From the IMG/VR virus record IMGVR_UViG_3300006164_000012, positions 1 to 51,369 of that record: 51,369 nt of DNA; one strand, given 5' to 3'. The notes below the pieces were generated by a model that worked only from the letters and a program-made list of their open reading frames with translations, was not told the origin of the DNA and did no database searches. Shown piece by piece: positions 21,601-30,288 of this stretch. Every line of letters starts with the position of its first letter. The first letter of the stretch is position 1. Source of the DNA: a virus (Duplodnaviria; Caudoviricetes). The position numbers were made by a program, and so were the translations under genes.

Positions 21601-22858
21601 TGGGGGTGAAGTTGACCCAGATGGTTTCGGAGATATCCCTGGCGGCAACACCGGAGGCGGTATGGGTGGAACCTGGGCAACCGGTCGCTTACATGACGAC
21701 GGTACTACAAACCTAGTAGGCGACGTTAGTAATAAACTCAAGATAGGCTCCCTTTATAGCCCGGTTGGCTTTGGACTTAGAACAATTCCAGGTGGCTCCG
21801 AAAACCAAATCTTCGCAGGAACAACCGACCCAGGCTCAACAGGAACTATAGGCGCTTCAACCGACACTGGGTACAGACACGCCACCTACGGCTGGTCGTC
21901 CGACGACGGGCAGCAGCTAAACGCTCTACAAAATAATTTAAACTGTATGGGCTCTCGTATCCATATTTGGAATGTAGCAGACACCTCTAGAATTCACGCA
22001 GCAAACTGTTTGATTAATAACGCTGACCCAGAAACCTATTGTCTTGGAAGCGATGACCCCACATACCCAGTGGTTGGCGCTAACTACCACGGTCCTTTTG
22101 GTAAGTGGTGGAATGGTGTTTCCTTGGACTACTATGGACGAGGAGGACGACGAAGCACCTACGGAGCTCTTGGGAACGCCCCATACAACGCAGGAGTTTA
22201 TAGACTAATACTTTCAACTAGAGGAGACCTAAAGAGTTACTACGATGTAAGTACTTTAAGTGGTGTTATTTCTAACTCTACTGCAACCGGAGGAGATGGT
22301 TCCTACCAAGGAAACGCTGCTAAAGGGGGTTCTTTTGTTGACCAAATCAACGGACAAGGATACACTCATTGGACGCAAAACGTACGTACTTTGGCTAACT
22401 CAGACCAACTACGAAAAGTAGGGACAGACTCTGATTACGTCCAAGGGCTGTACCAAACGTCCGCCGCTTTACGAGTATTTGGATGGGGTCACCCAAGTAA
22501 TTTGTATGATAGAGGTGTAGCAACTATGAGCCAAAGGATAGGAGGCTTTAGTTCTTATAATATGAACATTGGCGGCTATAATGACAACTGGATAAACACC
22601 ACAGCCCAACCTGAATTCCCGCAGCCCCCTCTTAGCATGGACTGGCAAGGATACATGAGAAACTGGTTTGACCAAACCGCTTCTAACGTATGGCAAAACG
22701 TAAAACACTTGTCGGAGGATAAAGTTAACGGGTGCTCCATTTACAGGTCCTATCAATCCGGCGCAGCCGGAGGGGAGGGTCGTGACGCACCATCAACATA
22801 CACTTACGGGGTAGGAGTTCGCTCCCTCAACTTATTCGATTTGGATAGATTACTATAA
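18623..22858 (+). CDS. Tail spike / receptor-binding protein with parallel beta-helix (pectin lyase-like) repeats
   Basis: Recurrent beta-helix turns (YGFDIENSEV, GYTAKNSRV, GLDFRNCTI, GIYLEGTDF, GIQVSRSQV, GIRLESSTF); 1411 aa; G/N/S/T-rich. Confidence 0.65.
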   Translation: MTSFKTITSEGGIGTIPLNWAANVPKYDPSSFYNWEQDNMPLWNLEDRTDTLYAAQGYPGGNPQGVTFTLSSAGNVDESKGIYDSIADIVERIPKRLKFPVLIELCTYGNLGTLELANITCEGDGILEVRNQAYFQHVDASARAVTNVSSSPAGAAPLISEVYSLDASSLMLDVSATRGGVKFFDQESWNTNAHIITTVGPDTDRQFSNITCHIGSGTASYDNLGNGTNPGLFQLHPWNAFQDRSISATAGDAMAFWGSSTASAMQQTTKYDDLLYKREAQITMGQATLFGYGNWFSNVVLRDCQGSIILRNILTDGSNGGHDAYGPQGHIHQKEYGFDIENSEVILDNTTAMFAVKAGYTAKNSRVKITGHCVGWRNYTKTGLNPNTRLQDGAGFMGLNSDIQWDETAYRDSRKYLNYFGKSRRGLDFRNCTIRGGINWGTDVAGFTGGTANEVSALPNAGSQQLPGTYSSPRGMDLTECSGVGGDTYTTTINVANCNEDGIYLEGTDFEFNGRLNTFLNVGNGIQVSRSQVRIPQLTSTHNSDFGIRLESSTFVYGRKLNTFAKRPDRYTALMLTKNMQGGVTGGELVIAAKLRIRNRANFHVDSNNQNILVSKNSTLSAHRMNNIPKFFGKWGGCDWSYTDKGGDATRNYGDNASALPATHFGATPFRIQNKPGIITTNNSTAEIVNSVYTVNSLDAGKGRVGIASNGSTLAFRGTSGCTTTHNYFPLGNTTRQFRSWISNGVMATDNSVIEITGPTKSSRFGVPFLAEDSSQLLIKPPTLEGTDNILDVSGYTLLNNAMNLQSSKNHTTLEVHSTRACLVANKNSGIQFYGLGGKVVGNPAATIAVNSVDVLATDYASPYLQNANTQFVYCTSGGHVKFYPNAFTSGVAAYTEVSLLGVGKSLDPNFNYILPDQEHDAATTGGMCVRAVGDSYIDSNLVNWQHYTLPKNVSGAFYNLDGTGCEKGEDTGGNTGPPPEIEPPPGELVDVPGGEVDPDGFGDIPGGNTGGGMGGTWATGRLHDDGTTNLVGDVSNKLKIGSLYSPVGFGLRTIPGGSENQIFAGTTDPGSTGTIGASTDTGYRHATYGWSSDDGQQLNALQNNLNCMGSRIHIWNVADTSRIHAANCLINNADPETYCLGSDDPTYPVVGANYHGPFGKWWNGVSLDYYGRGGRRSTYGALGNAPYNAGVYRLILSTRGDLKSYYDVSTLSGVISNSTATGGDGSYQGNAAKGGSFVDQINGQGYTHWTQNVRTLANSDQLRKVGTDSDYVQGLYQTSAALRVFGWGHPSNLYDRGVATMSQRIGGFSSYNMNIGGYNDNWINTTAQPEFPQPPLSMDWQGYMRNWFDQTASNVWQNVKHLSEDKVNGCSIYRSYQSGAAGGEGRDAPSTYTYGVGVRSLNLFDLDRLL

Positions 22859-24501
22859 TGGCACGCATCTCAGAAGACATCAGATTTTACTTACCGTCCG
22901 ACCCTTATTACTATAAGGTCGACAACTTACCCCTTCAAGATTTATTGAAGAATGACAGACGCCTACAAACTCAAATCGATGAGTTGCAGCAAGCTGATGT
23001 CGGAGTTACCGTTAATCGAAATGGTATACTCGAACTAAAACCTTTTATTGATAATGGAATTCCAGGCACTATCTCAGTTAACCCTGGAAGTTTTATTGGT
23101 CGTGTACAAAGAAGCTCCGGAGGTGAAGGCGCGCCCGCATCCACATTGAACGGTGTGTACAATGGCACTGAAGAGATAGGTAGCCAACCTACAATACCAG
23201 ACCCAGACCCGCTGTATGCCGATTGGACATATAACACAGCCAATCCTCCTGCGCGAGAACAAAACCCAGCGTATTCAGTAGGACGTATGGCTGTCTTTAA
23301 TTTTCCAGGCGGAAACATTAGCATTGACGGTTGGAATGAAGGCGATTTTCAATCTGTAAAAAGCCCTGATATTGTTAACGCGCCTCGAGGACGTATTGAC
23401 GTTGTAGGTATTACTACAGTAAATGGAGCCCTTGATGACCCATTCATTCCTGGCAATGCTGAGGAATTAAATATCGCAATAGGGAATGGGCAATGCAAAC
23501 TAGCTGTAGTAAAAGGTGCAGGTTTAGTAAGTACCGTAACAGATAACCAAAAGCGTGAAGTAGGCATAACCATAGGAGAAAGATACCAAACTATCGGTCA
23601 GCCTCTGGCACAGATGAACGTTAATACAAAAAATCCAGATGGCACCCTAACGACCGACCCTAGGGTAGGAACTTATCCTATGCCAGACGACGTTGTAAAT
23701 GTTTGTTTTTCTAGAAGTGATATTCGGGAAGGCATCCTAAACGAAGGTCTAAAGGCATGGGCACAGCGAAATCGTAATGCTTCTTTCTTTTTACCAATAG
23801 CATATGTTTACGTTAATGATACCCACCAACCAAATAATCCAATACCCCCAACTTGGCTATATGACATACGCCCGTTCTTCCGTACAGCAGAACTAACCTT
23901 GGCTGAACGTCAAGCCCTAGCTGCTTCTGTAAACCCAAGTGTTTCGAATCCGGTGGTTACGGCTTCTTACCAAGAAATGCGGCTTGAGGAGGAGGTTAAT
24001 AGAAACACCCTTTGGGCAAATGTCCAAGAACAGCTTGACGTCCTTAGAGCCCAGCTATCATCCGCGTTTGCAAATATCAAAGGCAGCCTAGTAGTATCAA
24101 TTGGGCAACAAACCATCCCGCTCTCTACCAGTTGGACTAATTACTTCCCAACCTTAGAAGCAGCAGTTCCATCCGACGCCACACATATCATAATTCGAGG
24201 TTCGGTTTATGCTGACGGCGGCGATGGGCAAAACTCGCCATACATCTCAGCACAAGGAAACGTCGGTACTATGACCGTCGCCCAAGCGCGAGGAAGCACC
24301 GGTGATAGTATAGAGTCACAAGATACCAACCAGATGATAATCGGGCTTATTCCTGAGGAGACCCCAGGTTCAGGAGGGTACATTAAAACCCGGAAAGTCG
24401 GTGTAACTGGCGGGTCTGGGGCAAGTTTAGTAATACAAGGGTACTTAAATGATGTATCTAATATTGTTACCTTTATACCTCCTTCTGCACCTCCGACGTA
24501 A
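22858..24501 (+). CDS. Tail fibre-like structural protein
   Basis: N-terminus is similar to that of the preceding spike; short coiled-coil segments and a beta-rich C-terminal domain; last gene of the tail cluster. Confidence 0.5.
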   Translation: MARISEDIRFYLPSDPYYYKVDNLPLQDLLKNDRRLQTQIDELQQADVGVTVNRNGILELKPFIDNGIPGTISVNPGSFIGRVQRSSGGEGAPASTLNGVYNGTEEIGSQPTIPDPDPLYADWTYNTANPPAREQNPAYSVGRMAVFNFPGGNISIDGWNEGDFQSVKSPDIVNAPRGRIDVVGITTVNGALDDPFIPGNAEELNIAIGNGQCKLAVVKGAGLVSTVTDNQKREVGITIGERYQTIGQPLAQMNVNTKNPDGTLTTDPRVGTYPMPDDVVNVCFSRSDIREGILNEGLKAWAQRNRNASFFLPIAYVYVNDTHQPNNPIPPTWLYDIRPFFRTAELTLAERQALAASVNPSVSNPVVTASYQEMRLEEEVNRNTLWANVQEQLDVLRAQLSSAFANIKGSLVVSIGQQTIPLSTSWTNYFPTLEAAVPSDATHIIIRGSVYADGGDGQNSPYISAQGNVGTMTVAQARGSTGDSIESQDTNQMIIGLIPEETPGSGGYIKTRKVGVTGGSGASLVIQGYLNDVSNIVTFIPPSAPPT

Positions 24502-24527
24502 TAATACTCTTATTAATTTTTTAAAAA

Positions 24528-24534
24528 CTATATA
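24528..24534 (+). promoter_or_regulatory. Putative late promoter element CTATATA
   Basis: Intergenic, before the lipoprotein genes. Confidence 0.4.
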
Positions 24535-24542
24535 ATAAAACT

Positions 24543-24752
24543 ATGTGGAACACAATTCTAAACAATATCAACACTCTCATTCTTGGCAACTGGAAATCTA
24601 TTTTCTTTTTCGTCATGGGAGCTCTCGCAGGTGTATTCCTGCTTTCATGTGCTATGACTAACCAAGTCGTCGATTACACCCAAGAGGTTGTAACTGATGC
24701 CGTTGAATATGTGATAGGCGCCGACGAAGGGGAAACTCCAGACGCGGAATGA
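24543..24752 (+). CDS. Small membrane protein / putative lipoprotein
   Basis: Hydrophobic stretch SIFFFVMGALAGVFLLSC ending in a lipobox-like LLSC, followed by an acidic tail. Confidence 0.5.
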   Translation: MWNTILNNINTLILGNWKSIFFFVMGALAGVFLLSCAMTNQVVDYTQEVVTDAVEYVIGADEGETPDAE

Positions 24753-25213
24753 AGTTTTTACTAAGCTTTCTACTGCTAATCTCCAGCTGTACCACATTAG
24801 CCCCTATCGTGGGTGGTGGGATTGGAGCTGCAGCAGGGAGCTTAGGCGGACCTGGCACTGCCGCTATAGGTGGTGCAACAGGCGTCGCTGTCGCTCAAAT
24901 GGTATACCCTAATGAGGATGTTCCTGTAAGCGACGCAGTAGCTTTAGCAGCTGCCAACTCAGGAAAACCTGCGCCCGGCACTACTGCAAGCACTATACAT
25001 GAGACAAAAAATTTAATTTTTCAACTCGGTTGGTGGTACGCAGCCCTTTTTGTTCTACTACCTCTTGTAACTAAGCGAGGTAGAAAGTGGGTTATGAAGT
25101 TCTCAGACATCGGGAACACAGTCTCACAGAAAGACATTGACGCTAGAGATGAAGAACAAGACACCCGCCTAAAGAAGATTGAAGAATTGCTAGGTAAAAA
25201 TAAGGGGTCTTAA
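24749..25213 (+). CDS. Putative lipoprotein with glycine zipper and C-terminal TM helix (possible lysis/spanin function)
   Basis: MKFLLSFLLLISSC signal peptide and lipobox; GGGIGAAAGSLGG..AIGGATG zipper; second hydrophobic segment LGWWYAALFVLLPLV followed by KRGRK. Confidence 0.55.
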   Translation: MKFLLSFLLLISSCTTLAPIVGGGIGAAAGSLGGPGTAAIGGATGVAVAQMVYPNEDVPVSDAVALAAANSGKPAPGTTASTIHETKNLIFQLGWWYAALFVLLPLVTKRGRKWVMKFSDIGNTVSQKDIDARDEEQDTRLKKIEELLGKNKGS

Positions 25214-25225
25214 GGGATAGCATAA

Positions 25226-25232
25226 CTAGATA
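25226..25232 (+). promoter_or_regulatory. Putative late promoter element CTAGATA
   Basis: Intergenic, before the head gene cluster. Confidence 0.4.
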
Positions 25233-25267
25233 TAACTAGAGGGAAATAGATTTTCCTCCTTGTACTC

Positions 25268-25954
25268 ATGAAATACTTAATAAATGAAACCAACTCTTGC
25301 GGTCAAGCCTCTCTTTCTGAAGCCGTCCGCACCAACATCCTTGAATCTTTGGGCTACACTGCTCAAGAACCCCAAGCAGAAATCGCAGCTCCAGCTGAAG
25401 AAGTAGACACAAACGAATATGTTCAGCAGGACGCACCCGCTCTTTACGAATGGGACAGCTCTTTCTTTGCTATGACTGACGAAGTGTTTGAAATCGAAGG
25501 TGACCTGTTTGTATTAGCCGAAGAACTCGACGGCGAAACAACAGCTAAACTAGACGAATCTCATGCTGACCTTTTCATCAATGACGTTACTTTTGATAGC
25601 TCTGAATACTCACTAGGTGATGTTTATGAGATGGATGGTAAGACATATGTCAAGCTATCTGAAGGTAAGAAGAAAGGTGATAAGTCTGCTGACAAGAAGA
25701 AGAAAGGCGATAAGCCAGACTTCGAAACTGGCGCTCGCAAAGGCGACGAGAACGAAGAAGATGACGGCAAAGACTTTAGCTTCAAAAAGAAAGGTAAGAA
25801 AAAAGCAAAGAAGAAGCTAGACGAAGAAGACGATTACGAGGACTTGCTTAGCAAGAACGATGATGTTCTCAAGCAGCACGATAAGAAGGAAAAAGTAACC
25901 GCTGCTGAAAAAGCTGCTGCGGAAAAACAAGCAGCTGCAGACGCTGCTAAGTAA
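25268..25954 (+). CDS. Hypothetical head-associated (prohead core-like) protein
   Basis: Acidic N-half and Lys-rich C-half; several L/I-x-E motifs; upstream of the prohead protease. Confidence 0.45.
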   Translation: MKYLINETNSCGQASLSEAVRTNILESLGYTAQEPQAEIAAPAEEVDTNEYVQQDAPALYEWDSSFFAMTDEVFEIEGDLFVLAEELDGETTAKLDESHADLFINDVTFDSSEYSLGDVYEMDGKTYVKLSEGKKKGDKSADKKKKGDKPDFETGARKGDENEEDDGKDFSFKKKGKKKAKKKLDEEDDYEDLLSKNDDVLKQHDKKEKVTAAEKAAAEKQAAADAAK

Positions 25955-25956
25955 CA

Positions 25957-26457
25957 ATGAGTAAATCCATGGCTCAGATGGCTGATGAGATTCTGGGTGG
26001 GGCTTTAACGGACCCTACTAAGAATCCTCATGACCCTAGTACAGGTCACCAAGCCCATATGCCAGCGATGAGTCCCGACGATACGTTAGCGGAAATGTCT
26101 GATGCACAAAGAAACAGTTTCTTAAAAGCTATCCCAGGCGTTAAAGTGCAAGAGCTAAAAGAAGCTTTTATCCCTGAAGCCGTAGAAATTACAAAAGCAC
26201 CTACCACAACTCTAGAGCTAACTGCTCAGGATTTAGAAACTTTATCTGAAGCCAAACGAATCATTGAAAAAATCCAAGAGGCTACGACAGCAGGAAGTAT
26301 CGGTGTTAACTTCGCTGGTAGTGCAAAAGGGTTAGACCCTAAGCAAGCAAAACTACCTGGTAATACCAACGTATCAAAAGCTCCTAAGAAAAGGGAGAAA
26401 AAACACAAACAAAAAGCAAAATCACATTCTGATTTTCTATCATACTTAAAAGCATAA
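25957..26457 (+). CDS. Hypothetical head-associated protein
   Basis: LKE, LSE and IQE motifs and a basic C-terminus; coupled to gp21 by TAATG. Confidence 0.4.
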   Translation: MSKSMAQMADEILGGALTDPTKNPHDPSTGHQAHMPAMSPDDTLAEMSDAQRNSFLKAIPGVKVQELKEAFIPEAVEITKAPTTTLELTAQDLETLSEAKRIIEKIQEATTAGSIGVNFAGSAKGLDPKQAKLPGNTNVSKAPKKREKKHKQKAKSHSDFLSYLKA

Positions 26458-27062
26458 TGTTACTACGAGACTTCAACGATTTTCAACCCCTACAAATCCT
26501 TAGTGAATCTAAAGGAAAAAATAAAAATATGCGCGTACGCGGTATCTTTAGTGAAGCAGAACGTAAGAATGGAAATGGTCGCATTTACCCAACACAATTG
26601 CTAGAACGAGAAGTACAAAAACTTCAACCTTTATTGGCTGAGCGTCGCCTTTGTGGTGAGCTAGACCATCCAAGTGATGAAGTAGTACACCTCTCCAACG
26701 TATCTCATGTAATTACTGATTTACAGATGGAAGGTAAGAACTTAATAGGAGAAGCCGAATTCCTCGACACCCCCTCTGGACGAATACTACAAGAGTTAGT
26801 AAAGGCTGGGGTTAGGATAGGTATATCTTCTCGCGCTACAGGCAGTGTAGAACACGATATGAAAGAAGATGCATACATGGTTCAAGATAATCTGCGAATG
26901 ATTACTTGGGATATGGTTGCTGACCCATCGTGCCAAAACGCCTTCCCCGCACTCGTGGAACATAAACAACTAATGGAGAACCAACGTTCTCTAGATGATT
27001 ACCACACCAATCTAGAATCGGAAAGAATTTACTTAACTGCCCTAAAGCAAGTTTTAAAGTAA
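26457..27062 (+). CDS. gp21: Prohead core protease, gp21-like
   Basis: NGNGRIYP, GELDHP, VSHVI, LDTPSG.I, GISSRATG and WDMVADPS are the T4 gp21 motifs. Confidence 0.95.
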   Translation: MLLRDFNDFQPLQILSESKGKNKNMRVRGIFSEAERKNGNGRIYPTQLLEREVQKLQPLLAERRLCGELDHPSDEVVHLSNVSHVITDLQMEGKNLIGEAEFLDTPSGRILQELVKAGVRIGISSRATGSVEHDMKEDAYMVQDNLRMITWDMVADPSCQNAFPALVEHKQLMENQRSLDDYHTNLESERIYLTALKQVLK

Positions 27063-27090
27063 AAATAACACCCTTTTTCCCCTAAACCTA

Positions 27091-27097
27091 GTAGATA
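27091..27097 (+). promoter_or_regulatory. Putative late promoter element GTAGATA
   Basis: Intergenic, before the scaffold and capsid genes. Confidence 0.4.
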
Positions 27098-27118
27098 TAA
27101 ACAGTAGGAAATATTTTC

Positions 27119-27703
27119 ATGAATAAAAGAATCGAACAAATCGCCGAACTCCTCCCCGACGGCTTATCAGAAACCGGTCTCCAAGAAGTACTTAGTCTTG
27201 TAGAAGGCGCGGTTACTGAACGCGTCACGGAAGAAGCTAAGCTTATGGAAGCCAAAGTAAGTGGCTTTTTACGCTCTAAAATAGAGGACCTTAAGGATGT
27301 AGCCAAACAAGAACTTGAAGCAGACGATGACGTGCTTCGTGGTTTTCGTATGTATGAAAACATCCGCGCAATGATTGCAGCTGAAGTAGAATCACAAGAT
27401 GTAGATTCTGCCGTATCGAAGCAACAGTCTGAAATTGCGGAACTGCAAGAGAGTATAAAAGCTTTGAACTTTAAGCTATCTACATCTCTTCACGAAAACA
27501 CAATGCTTTCTAGTAAAGTATCGAGTTTAAATGAAACAAACCAATCTCTGACAGAAAGCTCTAAACTTCCGTTTAAATCTTCTGAAAGTGCTGTAGTTAT
27601 AACTAACGAAACAGATTCGAGTCGTACTTCTTCTGAAGCGGCTAACAACATCTTCTTAACGGAAGACGTGCTTAACCTTAGCCAAAATAAGGTATTAAAT
27701 TAA
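27119..27703 (+). CDS. Prohead core scaffold protein, gp22-like
   Basis: Acidic coiled-coil protein between protease and capsid genes, with many L-x-E sites. Confidence 0.7.
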   Translation: MNKRIEQIAELLPDGLSETGLQEVLSLVEGAVTERVTEEAKLMEAKVSGFLRSKIEDLKDVAKQELEADDDVLRGFRMYENIRAMIAAEVESQDVDSAVSKQQSEIAELQESIKALNFKLSTSLHENTMLSSKVSSLNETNQSLTESSKLPFKSSESAVVITNETDSSRTSSEAANNIFLTEDVLNLSQNKVLN

Positions 27704-27707
27704 TATT

Positions 27708-29336
27708 ATGTTAAATCAAAAATTTGCAACGTCCCTTTGTGAGAAGTGGGAGCCAATCCTGGAAGGAATCACCGATGAATCTACTCGTCAGATGACCGCC
27801 GTTCTTTTGGAGAACCAAGCCAAAAGCATTCTTAGTGAGAACGCTTCTGACCATGGAACTCTTGAAGAAGCAACAACTGTGGGTAACCTCGGTACTTTCC
27901 AAAAGTTCGCTTTCCCTCTCGTTCGCCGGGTTTTCCCGGAACTAATCGCCAACAAGATTTGTGGCGTACAACCTATGCAAGGTCCTGTCTCCCAGATTTT
28001 CTATCTAGGTTACAACCGTGCAGGTGTTGGTGCTGATGGCACTGCCCGTGGCGAAGTTGTTTACTCTAAGTACCGTATGGTATATGGTGGTAACATCGCT
28101 CAAACGCAAAACAACGTCGGTTCTTTGGACTCTCAAGCTGGTCAAGCAGCCTCAGGTAACTTCAGTTACTCAAGCTTCACCGATGGTGAAGGTGTTGGTT
28201 TGTCTGCTATGACAACAATGGGTTCTGGTACTGCTGGTGGTAAGATTGCTGCCTTCCCGAATGAAAACCTTCTCGCTGCTCAATACTTTGTGTCAGCTGG
28301 TGAGCGTTTGTCAGCTTCAGCTATCCCTGAAGTTAACTTTACAATCGAACAACAAGCTGTAACAGCACGTACTCGTAAGTTCCGCGCCCTATGGACGTTG
28401 GAAGCTTCACAAGACCTTCGTGCTTACCACAACTTGGACCTAGAGCGTGAATTGACTGAGCTTCTTTCTAAAGAAGTAGCTTTGGAGATTGACCGTGAAT
28501 TGGTTGAATCAATCCGTTCGTTGGCATATGATATGCCCGTACAGCCTAACGGCGACCGTCCAACATTTGGTCGTGAGAACTGGAATCAAGGCAATGCAAA
28601 CAGCTTTGGCAACAGTCTAGAAGGTGGTGCTCAAGGTTCTTTTGATTACCAACAGCCTTTCGGTCGTACTCGTGCTGGAAACGCCGCAGCTGCTAACGCA
28701 AATGCTGGTCAACCGGGCTCTAACCCAGGCGGCTTAACAGTAATGCCAGGGGAAACTAACGGTTCAAACGTGTTCTTCGTTGACTTCGGAACTACAGCTC
28801 TCGGGCTTGCTCCTCGTCACGTAGGTGAGGTTTACGCCAACTTGGTTGCCGTAGTTAACTTCGCTGCACAAGATATTTATCGCACAACTCTACGCGGTGC
28901 TGGTAACTGGATTGTATGTTCACCTTTGGTGGCAGCTATGCTCCAGTCTGCTGCAAAGCTAGAAGGTGGTATTGATTCTAAGGAAGCAGGCGCACTAGGC
29001 GCTACTATCGAATACAAAGGTAAGTGGATGGGTGCTTACGACGTTTACGTCGACCCTCTATACCCTGAAGATGAATTGATGGTTGGTTACAAAGGCTCTT
29101 CGCCTATGGATGCCGGATTTGTGTACTCACCGTACATCCCGCTCCAAATGCTACCAACAATCACGGACCCAGAGACGTTCCAGCCACGTAAAGGTTTGAT
29201 TACTCGTTATGCGACTACTCAAATTAACCCGGCGTCACGTTTCTACCGTATCATCCGTATCGTAGGTGCAGATAGTCGTTACTTAACAACTCCGTTCCAG
29301 AAAGCTGGTGGCGGTACCACAAACACTGCTTACTAA
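27708..29336 (+). CDS. gp23: Major capsid protein, gp23-like
   Basis: KWEPILEG, AVLLENQ, PLVRRVFPELIA..ICGVQPM.GP, ARTRKFRALWTLE..QDL.AYH, EIDRE, YSPYIPL and FQPRKGLITRY. Confidence 0.97.
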   Translation: MLNQKFATSLCEKWEPILEGITDESTRQMTAVLLENQAKSILSENASDHGTLEEATTVGNLGTFQKFAFPLVRRVFPELIANKICGVQPMQGPVSQIFYLGYNRAGVGADGTARGEVVYSKYRMVYGGNIAQTQNNVGSLDSQAGQAASGNFSYSSFTDGEGVGLSAMTTMGSGTAGGKIAAFPNENLLAAQYFVSAGERLSASAIPEVNFTIEQQAVTARTRKFRALWTLEASQDLRAYHNLDLERELTELLSKEVALEIDRELVESIRSLAYDMPVQPNGDRPTFGRENWNQGNANSFGNSLEGGAQGSFDYQQPFGRTRAGNAAAANANAGQPGSNPGGLTVMPGETNGSNVFFVDFGTTALGLAPRHVGEVYANLVAVVNFAAQDIYRTTLRGAGNWIVCSPLVAAMLQSAAKLEGGIDSKEAGALGATIEYKGKWMGAYDVYVDPLYPEDELMVGYKGSSPMDAGFVYSPYIPLQMLPTITDPETFQPRKGLITRYATTQINPASRFYRIIRIVGADSRYLTTPFQKAGGGTTNTAY

Positions 29337-29359
29337 TAATACTTAGCAGATTAATAAAG

Positions 29360-29387
29360 GAAGCCCAGCTATTTTTAGCTGGGCTTC
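29360..29387 (+). terminator. Stem-loop after the capsid gene (probable intrinsic terminator or processing site)
   Basis: Perfect 12-bp inverted repeat GAAGCCCAGCTA-TTTT-TAGCTGGGCTTC; only a weak U-tract follows on the + strand. Confidence 0.7.
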
Positions 29388-29406
29388 TTCCATATATAAT
29401 AGTATA

Positions 29407-30288
29407 ATGGCACAGTTCCCAGGAAAACCAAACTTTGTATGGGGTCCGTTCGATACGGTCAGAGAAGGAGACGGCTCGAAAGGAAGTAATTTTGTAGCGC
29501 CCTCCGGAGACATACCGTACGACTCCCTAAACCGTAGATTCTTCAGTGATACTGTTGAGTTTAACCGCTTTTACACTACCATACATGATTTTGTAAAGGC
29601 TCGCTTAGGACACCCTATAGTCCGGGTAGAACTAGCAGATTTTCAAATACTTACTGCTATTGACGAAGCGATTAGTAAATTAGATTACCACGCGCCTGAC
29701 TGGTGTTCCCAACTAGCAGCATTCTCCACATCTGCGGGAATTAACATGTATGAGTTACCTTCTTACATGGTTAATAATTTTAAGTACGCTGCGTACAAGA
29801 AGACTCTGTTAAGTATACCTATGGGAGGTCAGTCACTAGAACAAGACTTTTTTATTAAGTACTTCCAGGACCAATTTCTGTTTCAAGACTTTTCTGTAGG
29901 TGAGTTCCTTTTAATGAAGATGCATCTTAAACAGATGCGAAAAATCCTAGGGCGTGACGGGTCTATGTCTGTGGTAAACAACAAATACCTAGTAATATCC
30001 CCAATGCCCTCAGACAATGACGCGCAGGATGTAGTGATTGAATACAAAGCACTAAACTCAGATACCTTGCACCATTACTTTATCTCTTGGATTCAAAGGT
30101 TTACGTTAGCGATATGCAAGGGAATCCTTGGAGGTATTCGAGGTAAGTACAGTGATTTACCTTCTCCCCAAGGAGGAGCCCGTTTAAACGGTGCATCCTT
30201 AATCCAGGAGTCTGAACGAGAAATGGCTCTCCTAGAAGAACAACTGCTTCAAGAGATTGAGGAACCTGCAAGCTTCTCTACTTACTAA
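29407..30288 (+). CDS. Neck / head-tail adaptor protein, gp13-like
   Basis: RLGHPIVRVEL..QI..AIDEA at the N-terminus and GIRGKY..LPSPQGGARLNG..L near the C-terminus, as in T4-like gp13. Confidence 0.8.
   Translation: MAQFPGKPNFVWGPFDTVREGDGSKGSNFVAPSGDIPYDSLNRRFFSDTVEFNRFYTTIHDFVKARLGHPIVRVELADFQILTAIDEAISKLDYHAPDWCSQLAAFSTSAGINMYELPSYMVNNFKYAAYKKTLLSIPMGGQSLEQDFFIKYFQDQFLFQDFSVGEFLLMKMHLKQMRKILGRDGSMSVVNNKYLVISPMPSDNDAQDVVIEYKALNSDTLHHYFISWIQRFTLAICKGILGGIRGKYSDLPSPQGGARLNGASLIQESEREMALLEEQLLQEIEEPASFSTY

Noticed and set aside
25222-25258. ATAACTAG tandem duplicate and small hairpin GAGGGAAA-TAGA-TTTTCCTC
   Set aside because: Too short and weak to call as an operator or terminator on sequence alone.
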